DNA of 64,000 bases from Solirubrobacteraceae bacterium (GTDB taxonomy: Bacteria; Actinomycetota; Thermoleophilia; Solirubrobacterales; Solirubrobacteraceae): assembly GCA_035484215.1 (NCBI GenBank), contig DATHPE010000008.1, forward strand, positions 27,326 to 91,325, given 5' to 3'. Both the position numbers and the translations under genes were made by a program. The notes below the pieces were generated by a model. That model ran no database searches and was not told the DNA's origin. It was given only the letters and a program-made list of their open reading frames with translations. Shown piece after piece: positions 1-10,113 of this stretch. The stretch's first letter is position 1. Each line of letters begins with the position of its first letter.

Positions 1-2
1 TC

Positions 3-1265
3 ACGCCGGCCAGCCGCTCCAACGCGCTGCTGGAGCTCGCCGAGCTGCTCGACGAGCACGCCGAGGAGCTCGCGCTGCTGGAGTCGCGCAACACCGGCAA
101 GCCCGCCACCCTGACCGGCGAAGAACTGCCCCTGTGCGTGGACAGCCTGCGCTTCTTCGCCGGCGCCGCGCGCTGCCTCGACGGGCTGCCGGCGGGCGAG
201 TACCTCAGCGGCTACACCTCGATGGTGCGCCGCGAGGCGCTCGGCGTGGTCGGGCAGATCACGCCGTGGAACTACCCGCTGATGATGGCCGTGTGGAAGA
301 TCGGCCCGGCTCTGGCGACGGGCAACACGATCGTGCTGAAGCCCTCCGAGCTGACGCCGCTGAGCACGCTGCGCCTGGCCGAGCTGGCAGGGGAGGTGCT
401 GCCGGCGGGCGTCCTGAACGTCGTCTGCGGAGACGGCGCGGCCGGGGCGGCCATGGTCGAGCATCCCGATATCCGCATGGTCTCGCTGACCGGCAGCGTC
501 GAGACGGGCAGGCGCGTGGCGGCGGCGGCCGCGCGCACGCTCAAGCGCGTGCACCTGGAGCTCGGCGGCAAGGCGCCGATGATCGTCTTCGCCGACGCCG
601 ATCTGGAGGCGGTGGCCGCGGGCGCGCGCGCGGGAGCGTTCACGAACTCCGGGCAGGACTGCACGGCGGCCACGCGCGTGCTGGTGGCCGAGGAGATCTA
701 CGACAGCGCGCTCGAGCAGATCGTCGCGGCGGCCGGCTCGCTGGTGGTGGGCGACCCGGCCGACGGCGAGAGCGTCGAGATGGGCCCCGTGATCTCCGAG
801 CGCCAGCGCGAGCGCGTGCTCGGCTTCGTCGATCGCGCGAGCGCCGACGGGCGCGTGCTGTGCGGCGGCTCGGCCCCGCGGCGCGCGGGCTTCTTCGTCG
901 AGCCGACCGTCGTGGCTGACGTGCGCCAGGACTCGGAGCTCGTCCAGGAGGAGGTCTTCGGCCCGGTGCTGAGCGTGCAGCGCTTCGCCGACGAGGACGA
1001 GGCGATCGCGCTCGCCAACGACGTCCGCTACGGCCTTTCGGCATCGGTGTGGACCCAGAGCCTCGACCGCGCGATGCGCGCGACGCGCGAGCTCGAGTTC
1101 GGCGCGGTGTGGGTCAACGACCACCTGCCGTTCCTGTCGGAGATGCCCCACGGCGGCTTCAAGGAATCGGGCTACGGCAAGGACCTTTCCATTTACGCGG
1201 TGCAGGAGTACACCGAGATCAAGCATGTGATGGTCAGGCACGACCAGAGAGGGGAGAAGCTGTGA
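3..1265 (+). CDS. Aldehyde dehydrogenase, aminobutyraldehyde dehydrogenase-like; 5' end lies outside the window
   Basis: Open frame from nt 3 (TPASRSNALLELAELL..ESRNTGKP); motifs PWNYP, LELGGK, NSGQDC (catalytic Cys), EEVFGP, GGFKESGYG. Confidence 0.93.
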   Translation, partial: TPASRSNALLELAELLDEHAEELALLESRNTGKPATLTGEELPLCVDSLRFFAGAARCLDGLPAGEYLSGYTSMVRREALGVVGQITPWNYPLMMAVWKIGPALATGNTIVLKPSELTPLSTLRLAELAGEVLPAGVLNVVCGDGAAGAAMVEHPDIRMVSLTGSVETGRRVAAAAARTLKRVHLELGGKAPMIVFADADLEAVAAGARAGAFTNSGQDCTAATRVLVAEEIYDSALEQIVAAAGSLVVGDPADGESVEMGPVISERQRERVLGFVDRASADGRVLCGGSAPRRAGFFVEPTVVADVRQDSELVQEEVFGPVLSVQRFADEDEAIALANDVRYGLSASVWTQSLDRAMRATRELEFGAVWVNDHLPFLSEMPHGGFKESGYGKDLSIYAVQEYTEIKHVMVRHDQRGEKL

Positions 1266-2665
1266 ACGGCACCCAACGCACGGCCGAGGATCTGCAGCGC
1301 GTGGCACGCGAGCACCTGTGGATGCATTTCAGTCGCATGGGCTCCTACGGCGCCGACGCGGAGATCCCGATCATCGCCGGCGGCGATGGCTGCTACGTCA
1401 CCGACCAGCACGGCAAGCGCTATCTCGACGCGCTCGCCGGCCTGTTCGCCGTCCAGATCGGCTACGGCCACGGCGAGGAGATCGGGCAGGCGGCGCTCGA
1501 GCAGATGCGCGAGCTGCCCTTCTACACCGTCTGGGGCTACGGCCACCCCCGCGCGATCGAGCTCGCCAGCGAGATCTCCGCGCTCTCTCACGGTGAGCGC
1601 AGCCGCGTGTTCTTCACCTCCGGCGGGTCGGAGGCGGTCGACACCGCCTGGAAGATGGCGCGCCAGTACCACACGCTGCGCGGAGAGCGCCGCTGGAAGG
1701 CGATCTCGCGCGACGTCGCCTACCACGGCACGACGATGGGAGCGCTGTCGATCAACGGCGTGCCCGCGCTGCGCGAGCCGTTCGAGCCGCTCGTGCCGTC
1801 GGTGGCGCGCGTATCGAACACCAACTCCTTCCGCCGGCCCGATGGCGAGTCCGAGCAGGAGTTCGCCGCCTTCCTGCTGGACGAGCTCGAGCGCACGATC
1901 TTGCGTGAGGGCCCGTCGACGATCGCGATGGTGATCATGGAGCCCGTGCAGAACTCCGGCGGCGCGTTCACCGCTCCCGCCGGCTACTGGGCGGGCGTGC
2001 GCGAGCTGTGCGACCGCTACGGCATCCTGCTGTGCGCCGACGAGGTGATCACGGGCTTCGGGCGCATCGGCGAGTGGTTCGCCTCGCAGCGCTACGACAT
2101 CAAACCCGACCTGATGACGATGGCCAAGGGCCTGTCCTCGGCGTACGCGTCGATCGGCGCGGTCGCGGCGAGCGAGTCGGTGATGGAGCCGTTCACCGAG
2201 CAGGGGGCGGTGTTCGCGCACGGGATCACCTTCGGTGGGCATCCGGTGGCGGCGGCGATCGCGCTGAAGAACCTCGAGATCATGCGCCGCGAAGCGCTGA
2301 TCCCCCGCGTGCGGGCGAACGAACAGGCCTTCCGCGCCACGCTCGAGCAGCTCGCGGAGCTGCCGATCGTGGGGGACATCAGGGGCGCCGGCTACTTCTG
2401 GGCGATCGAGCTCGTCGCGGACAAGGACACGCGCACGACGTTCACCGCGGAGGAGAGCGAGTGGCTGCTGCGCGGCTTCCTCTCGCATCGCATGTACGAC
2501 GCCGGGCTCATCTGCCGCGCCGACGATCGCGGCGACCCCGTCATCCAGCTCTCCCCGCCGCTGATCGCGGGCCAGCCCGAGTTCGACCGGATCGTCGCGA
2601 TCCTCGGCGAGGTGCTGCTCGAGGCCCAGCAGCGGATGCTGACCACCAGCGCCGCGGCCTCCTAG
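1262..2665 (+). CDS. Class III PLP aminotransferase (omega-amine/putrescine:pyruvate type)
   Basis: GTG start overlaps the ALDH TGA, with a GGGGAG RBS; motifs FTSGGSEA, YHGTT, EPVQN, DEVITGFGR, MAKG, HGITFGGHP. Confidence 0.92.
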   Translation: MNGTQRTAEDLQRVAREHLWMHFSRMGSYGADAEIPIIAGGDGCYVTDQHGKRYLDALAGLFAVQIGYGHGEEIGQAALEQMRELPFYTVWGYGHPRAIELASEISALSHGERSRVFFTSGGSEAVDTAWKMARQYHTLRGERRWKAISRDVAYHGTTMGALSINGVPALREPFEPLVPSVARVSNTNSFRRPDGESEQEFAAFLLDELERTILREGPSTIAMVIMEPVQNSGGAFTAPAGYWAGVRELCDRYGILLCADEVITGFGRIGEWFASQRYDIKPDLMTMAKGLSSAYASIGAVAASESVMEPFTEQGAVFAHGITFGGHPVAAAIALKNLEIMRREALIPRVRANEQAFRATLEQLAELPIVGDIRGAGYFWAIELVADKDTRTTFTAEESEWLLRGFLSHRMYDAGLICRADDRGDPVIQLSPPLIAGQPEFDRIVAILGEVLLEAQQRMLTTSAAAS

Positions 2666-2703
2666 CCGCCCGCGCGCCCTCACGCAATCCAGGAAAGGTG
2701 AAC

Positions 2704-3798
2704 ATGCAACCAGCACAACCCAACGACGGCGTGCGACGCCACCGCATCGCCGTGATCGGCGGCGACGGCGTCGGTCCGGAAGTGGTCGCGGCGGGCCTGC
2801 GCGTGCTGCGCCGTGCGGCGGAGCTCGACGGCGGCTTCGAACTGGTCACCGACGAGCTGCCCTGGGGCAGCGACTACTACGGCGAGCACGGCGCGATGGC
2901 GCCGGAGGACTTCCTCGAGACCCTGCGCGGCTACGACGCGATCTACCTGGGCGCGGTCGGCTCGCCGGCGGTGCCCGACCACGTGACGCTGTGGGGCCTT
3001 CTGCTGCCGATCCGCCAGGTGTTCGACCTGTACGTGAACCTGCGCCCGGTGAGGCTGATGGCCGGCATCGACGGCCCGCTGCGCGAGAAGGGCGTCGAGG
3101 ACATCCAGATGATGTGCGTGCGCGAGAACACCGAGGGCGAGTACTGCGGCGCCGGCGGGCGCGTGCACGAGGGCTTGGACATGGAGGTCGGACTGCAGAC
3201 CGACGTGTTCACGCGTGTGGGCGTAGAGCGGATCGCGCGCTACTCCTTCGAGTTGGCGCGCACGCGCTCGAAGCGCCTCGCGAGCGTGACCAAGTCCAAC
3301 GCGGGGCGCCACGCGTTCGTCTTCTGGGACAAGATCGTGGCCGAGGTCGCGCGCGACTACCCCGACGTCGAGCTGGAACGCGTGCTGGTCGACGCCGCGG
3401 CGGCGCACTTCGTGACCGACCCGGCGCGCTTCGACGTGGTGGTCGGCTCGAACCTGTTCATGGACGTGCTGACCGACCTCGGCGCGGTGATCCAGGGGGG
3501 CATGGGCGTCGCCGCGAGCGCGAACGTGAACCCGCAGGGCGGCGTGCCGGGCATGTTCGAACCCGTGCACGGCTCAGCACCCGACATAGCCGGCCAGGGA
3601 ATCGCCAACCCGATCGGCGCGGTGTGGTCGGGGGCGATGATGCTCGAGCACCTCGGCGAGAGCGCCGCCGGCGAGACGGTGCGCGAGGCGATGGAGCAGG
3701 TCCTCGAGAGCCGCCGCGCCCACACCCGTGACCTTGGGGGCACCGCCAGCACGTCCGAGGTGGCGGACGCGCTCGTGGCGGCGATGGAGCAGAGCTGA
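2704..3798 (+). CDS. Beta-decarboxylating dehydrogenase, tartrate/D-malate dehydrogenase-like (IPMDH/IDH family)
   Basis: ATG after AGGAAAGG; IAVIGGDGVGPEV, LWGLLLPIRQ, RENTEGEY, TKSNA, NLFMDVLTD, FEPVHGSAPDIAG. Confidence 0.88.
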   Translation: MQPAQPNDGVRRHRIAVIGGDGVGPEVVAAGLRVLRRAAELDGGFELVTDELPWGSDYYGEHGAMAPEDFLETLRGYDAIYLGAVGSPAVPDHVTLWGLLLPIRQVFDLYVNLRPVRLMAGIDGPLREKGVEDIQMMCVRENTEGEYCGAGGRVHEGLDMEVGLQTDVFTRVGVERIARYSFELARTRSKRLASVTKSNAGRHAFVFWDKIVAEVARDYPDVELERVLVDAAAAHFVTDPARFDVVVGSNLFMDVLTDLGAVIQGGMGVAASANVNPQGGVPGMFEPVHGSAPDIAGQGIANPIGAVWSGAMMLEHLGESAAGETVREAMEQVLESRRAHTRDLGGTASTSEVADALVAAMEQS

Positions 3799-3819
3799 CA
3801 TGACTACGACAGGAGCGCG

Positions 3820-4950
3820 ATGACAACCATTGGAGTACCGAGCGAGATCAAGAAGGACGAGTACCGCGTGGCGATCACGCCGGCGGGCGTACGCGAGCTG
3901 ACCGACCGGGGCCACCGGCTGCTGATCCAGGCGGGCGCGGGCGAGGGCTCGAGCATCGCCGACGGCGACTACGCCGAGCAGGGCGCGAGCATCGTCGCGG
4001 ACGCCCCGGCGGTGTTCGCGCAGGCGGATCTGATCGTGAAGGTCAAGGAGCCCCAGCCGCAGGAGGTCGCCCTGCTGGAGGCGCGCCACACGCTGTTCAC
4101 CTACCTGCACCTGGCAGCCGACGAGAGCCTGACGCGCGCGCTGATGAGCTCCGGCGCGACGTGCGTCGCGTATGAGGCCGTCGAGGACAGCCACGGGCGC
4201 CTGCCGCTGCTAGCGCCGATGAGCGAGGTGGCCGGCAAGATCGCCACGCAGGCGGGCGCGTTCATGCTGGAGAAGCCGCTGGGCGGGCGCGGACTGCTGC
4301 TGGGCGGGGTGCCGGGCGTGGCCGCCGGCAAGGTGATGGTGATCGGCGGCGGCATCGTCGGGCAGAACGCCGCCCAGGTGGCGATCGGGCTCGGCGCGGA
4401 GGTGTACGTGTACGACCGCTCGATCGACCGGCTGCGCGAACTTGAGATCCAGCTCGGCGGCGCGTGCTCGACGTGCTTCGCCTCGACGCTGACGATCGAG
4501 CAGGGCCTGGCCGACGCCGACCTCGTGATCGGCGCTGTCCTCGTCCGCGGCGCGAAGGCTCCGCACGTGATCACCCGCGCGCAGCTCGCGCTGATGAAGC
4601 CGGGCGCGGTGCTGGTCGACGTGAGCATCGACCAAGGCGGCTGCTTCGAGACCTCGCGCCCGACGACGCACTCCGACCCGACGTACGAGGTCGACGGGAT
4701 CACCCACTACTGCGTGGCGAACATGCCGGGCGCGGTGCCGATCACCTCGACGTGGGCGCTGACGAACGCGACGATGCCCTACGTGGTGCGGCTCGCGGAC
4801 GCGGACGGGGACGCGCTGACGGCGACCGCCGGCGACCCGGGCTTCCGCGAAGGGCTGAACGTGTGCGCCGGCGCGATCACGTATGGACCGGTGGCGGAGG
4901 CGTTCGGCGAGACGGCGGTTCCCCCGGCGGAGGCGCTCGCGGCGGCGTAG
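3820..4950 (+). CDS. ald: Alanine dehydrogenase
   Basis: IGVPSEIK..EYRVAITP, VKVKEP, YLHLAA, PLLAPMSEVAG, DVSIDQGGCFETS, YCVANMPGAVP. Confidence 0.95.
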   Translation: MTTIGVPSEIKKDEYRVAITPAGVRELTDRGHRLLIQAGAGEGSSIADGDYAEQGASIVADAPAVFAQADLIVKVKEPQPQEVALLEARHTLFTYLHLAADESLTRALMSSGATCVAYEAVEDSHGRLPLLAPMSEVAGKIATQAGAFMLEKPLGGRGLLLGGVPGVAAGKVMVIGGGIVGQNAAQVAIGLGAEVYVYDRSIDRLRELEIQLGGACSTCFASTLTIEQGLADADLVIGAVLVRGAKAPHVITRAQLALMKPGAVLVDVSIDQGGCFETSRPTTHSDPTYEVDGITHYCVANMPGAVPITSTWALTNATMPYVVRLADADGDALTATAGDPGFREGLNVCAGAITYGPVAEAFGETAVPPAEALAAA

Positions 4951-4968
4951 GCAGGGCGGAGGCACAGG

Positions 4969-4992
4969 GCGCCCCCACCGAGGTGGGGGCGT
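4969..4992. terminator. GC-rich hairpin downstream of ald
   Basis: GCGCCCCCACC-GA-GGTGGGGGCGT inverted repeat; no U-tract. Confidence 0.4.
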
Positions 4993-5029
4993 CGGCGGGC
5001 GGAAAGCGCGAGGATGAAGCCAGAGCACG

Positions 5030-5611
5030 ATGCCGAAGGTGACCTTCTACTTCGACCTGGGTTCGCCGTACGCGTACCTGGCCGCCGAGCGGCTGGACAC
5101 GCTGCTGCCCGAGCCGGTCGAGTGGCAGCCGATCCTGCTGGGCGGCCTGTTCAAGGCGACGGGGCGCAGCTCGTGGTCGCTGGGCGACGAGGGGCGCAGG
5201 CGGGCGGGCATGGCCGAGATCGAGCGCCGTGCCCGCGCGTACGGGCTGCCGCCGGTGCGCTGGCCGGAGCCGTGGCCGACGAACTACCTGACAGCGATGC
5301 TGGCTACGACGTTCGCGTTCAGGGCCGGGCGCGGGCGGGAGTTTGCGCTGCGGGCCTTTCGCAACGCTTTTCAGGAGGGGTCGGATCTGAGTGTGCCGGA
5401 GCGCGTGTTCGAGGTCGGCGGGCAGGTCGGGCTCGATCGGGATCGGCTGGAGGCGGCGACGCAGGATGCGGAGGTCAAACGGGCGCTGCGTGCGGCCACC
5501 GATGCGGCGTACGAGCTCGGCGTGATCGGTGTTCCGACGATCGCGATCGACGATGAGCTGTTCTGGGGCGACGATCGGCTCGAGGACGCCGCCGCGCATC
5601 TCAAGGCGTGA
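5030..5611 (+). CDS. DsbA-like thioredoxin-fold protein (2-hydroxychromene-2-carboxylate isomerase / GST-kappa family)
   Basis: FYFDLGSPYAYL N-terminus, WQPILLGG, GVIGVPT..IDDELFWGDDRL C-terminus. Confidence 0.88.
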   Translation: MPKVTFYFDLGSPYAYLAAERLDTLLPEPVEWQPILLGGLFKATGRSSWSLGDEGRRRAGMAEIERRARAYGLPPVRWPEPWPTNYLTAMLATTFAFRAGRGREFALRAFRNAFQEGSDLSVPERVFEVGGQVGLDRDRLEAATQDAEVKRALRAATDAAYELGVIGVPTIAIDDELFWGDDRLEDAAAHLKA

Positions 5612-5930
5612 TGGCGGGCGTGGTCGATCCGAGCACGCTGGCGGAGCCGATCGTGCAGGCGCCGATGGCCGGAGGGCCCGCCATGCCGAGCTGAGGATCG
5701 CCGTGAACGAGGTGGGCGGGCTGGGGTTCTTGGCCGCTGGCCATAGGCGGGCGCAGGATGTGCGCGAAGAGACGCCCGCGAGCGGCGAGGCAGGCGAGCC
5801 TGACATGCTTGTGGCAGTCAGCCGCTCTGTCCCGAGATCGGCACAGCTTGTGGTTTCCCGTGGAGGTCGCGCTGGCGCAGTTGCCTGGGGACGGGCTGAT
5901 GAGCTCGTTGACGCGCAATCGCCGCCGTGA
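5608..5930 (+). pseudogene. Nitronate monooxygenase-family remnant (frameshifted and truncated)
   Basis: Frame 1 reads PIVQAPMAGGP, then TGA at 5692-5694; the shifted frame continues ELRIAVNEVGGLGFLAAG. Together these match the family N-terminus; similarity then decays. Confidence 0.65.
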
Positions 5931-6035
5931 TCGCACGCTGAGGACGCCCAGCCCAAGCGTTGACTAGTCTTTCGAATCCGGTGAGGCGATGGGCGACACA
6001 GAAAGACGCGGGCTCGATGGCCGACGGCGGATCTC

Positions 6036-7412
6036 TTGACTAAGCATCGCAAGACGGCCAGGGTGATACCGGGCGCGCGACGGCTGATCATCTCAATGCG
6101 CGACCTCGGCTACGGCCCCACAGAGGCCATCGCGGATCTGGTCGACAATAGCGTCGCCGCGGGCGCTCATAGCGTGGAGATAACTCTCCACTTCGATGGT
6201 GGTGACTCCTGGATCCGGATCGCCGATGACGGTCGAGGGATGGACGCTGAGATGATCACGGAGGCGATGCGATACGGCGCGGCGCGCGATTACGGGGCCG
6301 ATGATCTCGGCAAGTTCGGGCTAGGCCTCAAGACGGCATCGATGTCCCAATGCCGTTGCCTCACTGTCGCGAGCCGAACCTCGAAGTCCGTGGCACGCGT
6401 GGAGGCGCGCCAACTCGACCTCGATTACATCGAGGACCACGATGCCTGGGACATCCTGATTGTCGGTGCTGCCGAACGCTCGGAGTCGCTCATCGGTCCC
6501 CTCAAGGAGCACCGCGGAACAGTTGTCCTCTGGGAGGACCTCGATCGGATCCTGACCTACCAGGACCCTGGCGGCGGTTGGGCGCGTCGTCACATGATCA
6601 AGCTCGCCGAGCGCCTTGACGCGCATCTAGGAATGGTGTTCCACAGATTTCTTGCTGGGGAGGTGCCGCGCAAGAAGCTCAAGATCACGATCAACGATGT
6701 GATGGTCGATCCGTGGGATCCGTTCGCACGCGACGAGCCGCAGACGGAGGCCGGCAGATCCGAGGATGTCGAGCTCAACACCGCCGCCGGTTCGGGGATC
6801 GTGCACTTCGCCCCGTACACCCTTCCCCCGAAGGCGAGCTTCAGCAGCGATCCGGCATGGCGGCGGATGTCAGGCCCAAATTCCTGGAATCGCCAGCAAG
6901 GATTTTACATCTACCGAGCCAGCCGCTTGATCCAAAGCGGTGGCTGGTCGAACATGCGCACCGCTGATGAGCACACCAAGCTCGCCCGGATTGCGCTCCT
7001 CTTCTCCCCCGAGCTCGATGCGGCCTTCGGGATCAACGTTGCGAAGATGCGAGTAACGCTTCCCCCCGAGCTGAGCGATCGAATCGAGGCACCGGTGAAT
7101 AGGGCGGTCAAGCGTGCCCGCACCGTTTACGACGCCAAGCCCGACCAAGCAAGGCCCCAGAGGCCTTCCGGGAAAGCGACGGACGCCGCGGCGGCGCGCG
7201 GGCCTGGCTCGCACGGGAACGGTCATGTGGGTGAAAGCATCGTGAGCGGCGACGAACACCGTGCGGTCGCGGCCACCATTACGGTCGCTCAGATGCGTCG
7301 AGAGGCTCTGGAGAGCGCCGCAGGCGCTGCAGGGGAGCAGGCCGCGCTCAGGAGGATCATCAACGCACTCTCCAAAGAGGCACCAGAGGTAGCGAGAGAC
7401 CTTGGCTTCTGA
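6036..7412 (+). CDS. MORC/MutL-like GHKL ATPase (HATPase_c_3 type, MzaA-like), copy A
   Basis: ADLVDNS (N box), DDGRGM (G1), LGKFGLGLKTAS (G2), GTVVLW, QGFYIYR..RLIQ.GGW. Confidence 0.9.
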   Translation: MTKHRKTARVIPGARRLIISMRDLGYGPTEAIADLVDNSVAAGAHSVEITLHFDGGDSWIRIADDGRGMDAEMITEAMRYGAARDYGADDLGKFGLGLKTASMSQCRCLTVASRTSKSVARVEARQLDLDYIEDHDAWDILIVGAAERSESLIGPLKEHRGTVVLWEDLDRILTYQDPGGGWARRHMIKLAERLDAHLGMVFHRFLAGEVPRKKLKITINDVMVDPWDPFARDEPQTEAGRSEDVELNTAAGSGIVHFAPYTLPPKASFSSDPAWRRMSGPNSWNRQQGFYIYRASRLIQSGGWSNMRTADEHTKLARIALLFSPELDAAFGINVAKMRVTLPPELSDRIEAPVNRAVKRARTVYDAKPDQARPQRPSGKATDAAAARGPGSHGNGHVGESIVSGDEHRAVAATITVAQMRREALESAAGAAGEQAALRRIINALSKEAPEVARDLGF

Positions 7413-10113
7413 ACCTGGCGCCGACGCCTACCTACGCGTCGTGAACACCGCACTGGACTCGGGTGTTCACCCATCCTTCGAGGACGCGCTGACCGCGATC
7501 GTGCCCGCGGCGATGCGAAGCACGGTCCGTGAGCTTCACGAACAGCAAACGACACAGCAGATCAAGCGAGTGCGCGGGGTGGCGGTGGATGGCGGTCCCA
7601 AGGCCTGGTTCGCCGGTTGGGATCCAGCCGAAAGATATTACTGGCCCCGTCAGCGACGGTATCTGCTCGACCAGATTGGCAGAAGCCCCGAGGCTGTCGA
7701 GGCAACAGATGACGACAGTGACCGCGTCCTGTCCTATCTCGAGGATCCACGCGACAGTGGTCCCGATACCTTCAATACACGTGGGCTCGTGATCGGCCAC
7801 GTACAGAGCGGCAAGACCGAGAACTTCAGCGCCCTCATCGCGAAGGCGGCGGATGTCGGTTATCAGGTCATCATCGTCCTCGCAGGGGTCCACAACGGGC
7901 TGCGCCAGCAGACGCAGCGCCGACTTGAGCGAGAGCTCGGGCTCGAGAACGTGACCCCCGGCGTCGGTCTTCCTGAGCCCGGTCTTCGCTGGAATAACCC
8001 GACTACTGCCGACCTGCACGGCGACTTCGTTCCGGGTACCAGCGACCCGAGCATCCTCCAGGGTAACGAGAAGGTCATCTTCATCGTCAAGAAGTGGCAC
8101 ACCGTACTCGAGAGGCTGATCCGGTTCATAAGAGATGCGGAGGCACCGTCAAACCTGCCGGTGTTGGTGATCGACGACGAGGCCGACCAAGCCTCTGTCA
8201 ACACAGGCGGCAACAGGCAGCCGCTCAGTGACCTGATCGATGCCGACGACCCGCCCGTGGACTTGGAGGACGAGACCGATCCGTCGACTACCAACCGCCT
8301 CATCCGTGACCTGCTGACCCTCTTTCCCCGCGTCGCCTACGTGGCCTACACCGCGACGCCCTTCGCGAACGTGCTCATCGACCACCGTGCGGAGGATCGC
8401 GAGGTCTACGAAGACCTATATCCCCGTGACTTCCTGCTCACGCTGTTCCCCCGCCCAGGATATGTCGGAGCTTCCCGCCTGTTCGGCCACGACAGCCTGG
8501 ACGGCACGCCCGAGGGCACGGCCGAGGGCCTCGATGTCATTCGATTCATCCCCGAAGTCGACCTGCCGATCGTGACTCCCCAGGGTGTGAAGCTTGTCGA
8601 CTTCGTACCCGGGATGCCGCCGTCACTCGACGAAGCGATCGTGGACTGGCTGCTGGCTACCGGTGGACTGCTGGCACGCGCGGGCCGTGACCACCCCTCC
8701 TCCATGCTGATCCACATCCACCAGCGTACCGACGTTCAGAACGCACTGGCGCCACAGGTCGCGGATGCGGTGCGCGCTCTGCGCAACGAGTGGCGTTACG
8801 ACAGAGACGGACCCCTGCGCGAGCAGATGCGGGCCCGGTGGGACGATGACTTCCGGACAGTCACCCGCCGGATAGACGCTGACCGCGACATGCAGTTCGA
8901 CGACATCGAGGAGCACATCGACAAACTGCTCAAGGATGGGGTGTCGGTGCTCGCGCTGAACTCGCGGTCGACAGACGTGCTCGATTACGAGCAGGACCCC
9001 AATATAAAGGCCGTGCTCATCGGTGGAAACCGCCTCTCACGAGGCATGACGCTCGAAGGCCTCACCGTCTCCTATTACGTACGCGAAACCCCCTACATGG
9101 ACACGCTGCTGCAGATGGGCCGCTGGTTCGGCTACCGTGAGTGGTATGTCGACCTGACACGTCTGTGGACAACGCCAACGCTCGCGAGCTGGTTCCGCGA
9201 CATATCCCTCCGCGAGGATGAGCTTCGCGAGCAGATCATGCAGGCTGAGCTCGAGCACCTCTCCCCGCTGCAGGTCGGCTACCGCATCCGGTCACATCCC
9301 GCGATGATGGTCACTGCCCAGAACAAGATCGGTGCGGGACGCCAAGAGCGGCTGTCTTACGCCGGTCGCATGATCCAGACGACACGTTTCCGACTCCACG
9401 AGCGAGAGTGGCTCGAGGAAAACTTCGCGGCCGCTCGCGAACTCTTGGGCGGACTCGGCGAGCCCGGGAGAGATCCAAGCGGGGTGCCGCTCTGGAATAA
9501 CGTCCCATGGGAGTCCGTTCACAGATTTCTGAGTCGCTACCGTACCGTGCAGGATCGGACCTCGTTCGATGCGGAGGCGGCAGCCAGCTACCTTGAGGCA
9601 CAGGTACGCCACCACGAGCTTGTGCGCTGGAGTGTCGCCATCGCGGAGCAGACGCGGCCCGTCGAGCGGCTCGGCTCTGTCGATTTCGAAATCGACGACG
9701 TCGAGCCTGTGAACGCAATCTCACGCACCCGCCTGAAGAGTGACATTAACTCGATTGGTGTCCTGACCAATCCGGCGCAAAGCGGCGGGGCGACGCGGCG
9801 AGGAGACGAGGAGATCGGACTCACCGACGAGGACATTCTGCGCGCACGGCAGGAATTCGGTGACGAGAAGTACGAGCGCATACGCGACGCGCTCCTCGCA
9901 CAGCGCACCTCAGAGGAAGGACTGCTGGTTCTCTACCCCATCAGCCGCTACTCGCTGCCTCGCCCGGCGAGCAGCACACGCCTCGCGCTGTTCGACGACC
10001 CCCACCAAGGGGGTGAGACCGTGATCGGAGTCGCGCTCGGCTTTCCGCCATCTGCCAGCGAGGCCACGATCGAATATGTCGCCGGTTCGGTTGCACAGGA
10101 GAAAGACGAGTGA
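7402..10113 (+). CDS. Z1-domain protein with SF2 helicase-like N-terminus (MzaB-like)
   Basis: GHVQSGKT, LVIDDEADQAS, YTATP, IGGNRLSRGMTLEGL, DTLLQMGRWFGYR; TTG start overlapping the MORC end. Confidence 0.9.
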   Translation: MASEPGADAYLRVVNTALDSGVHPSFEDALTAIVPAAMRSTVRELHEQQTTQQIKRVRGVAVDGGPKAWFAGWDPAERYYWPRQRRYLLDQIGRSPEAVEATDDDSDRVLSYLEDPRDSGPDTFNTRGLVIGHVQSGKTENFSALIAKAADVGYQVIIVLAGVHNGLRQQTQRRLERELGLENVTPGVGLPEPGLRWNNPTTADLHGDFVPGTSDPSILQGNEKVIFIVKKWHTVLERLIRFIRDAEAPSNLPVLVIDDEADQASVNTGGNRQPLSDLIDADDPPVDLEDETDPSTTNRLIRDLLTLFPRVAYVAYTATPFANVLIDHRAEDREVYEDLYPRDFLLTLFPRPGYVGASRLFGHDSLDGTPEGTAEGLDVIRFIPEVDLPIVTPQGVKLVDFVPGMPPSLDEAIVDWLLATGGLLARAGRDHPSSMLIHIHQRTDVQNALAPQVADAVRALRNEWRYDRDGPLREQMRARWDDDFRTVTRRIDADRDMQFDDIEEHIDKLLKDGVSVLALNSRSTDVLDYEQDPNIKAVLIGGNRLSRGMTLEGLTVSYYVRETPYMDTLLQMGRWFGYREWYVDLTRLWTTPTLASWFRDISLREDELREQIMQAELEHLSPLQVGYRIRSHPAMMVTAQNKIGAGRQERLSYAGRMIQTTRFRLHEREWLEENFAAARELLGGLGEPGRDPSGVPLWNNVPWESVHRFLSRYRTVQDRTSFDAEAAASYLEAQVRHHELVRWSVAIAEQTRPVERLGSVDFEIDDVEPVNAISRTRLKSDINSIGVLTNPAQSGGATRRGDEEIGLTDEDILRARQEFGDEKYERIRDALLAQRTSEEGLLVLYPISRYSLPRPASSTRLALFDDPHQGGETVIGVALGFPPSASEATIEYVAGSVAQEKDE

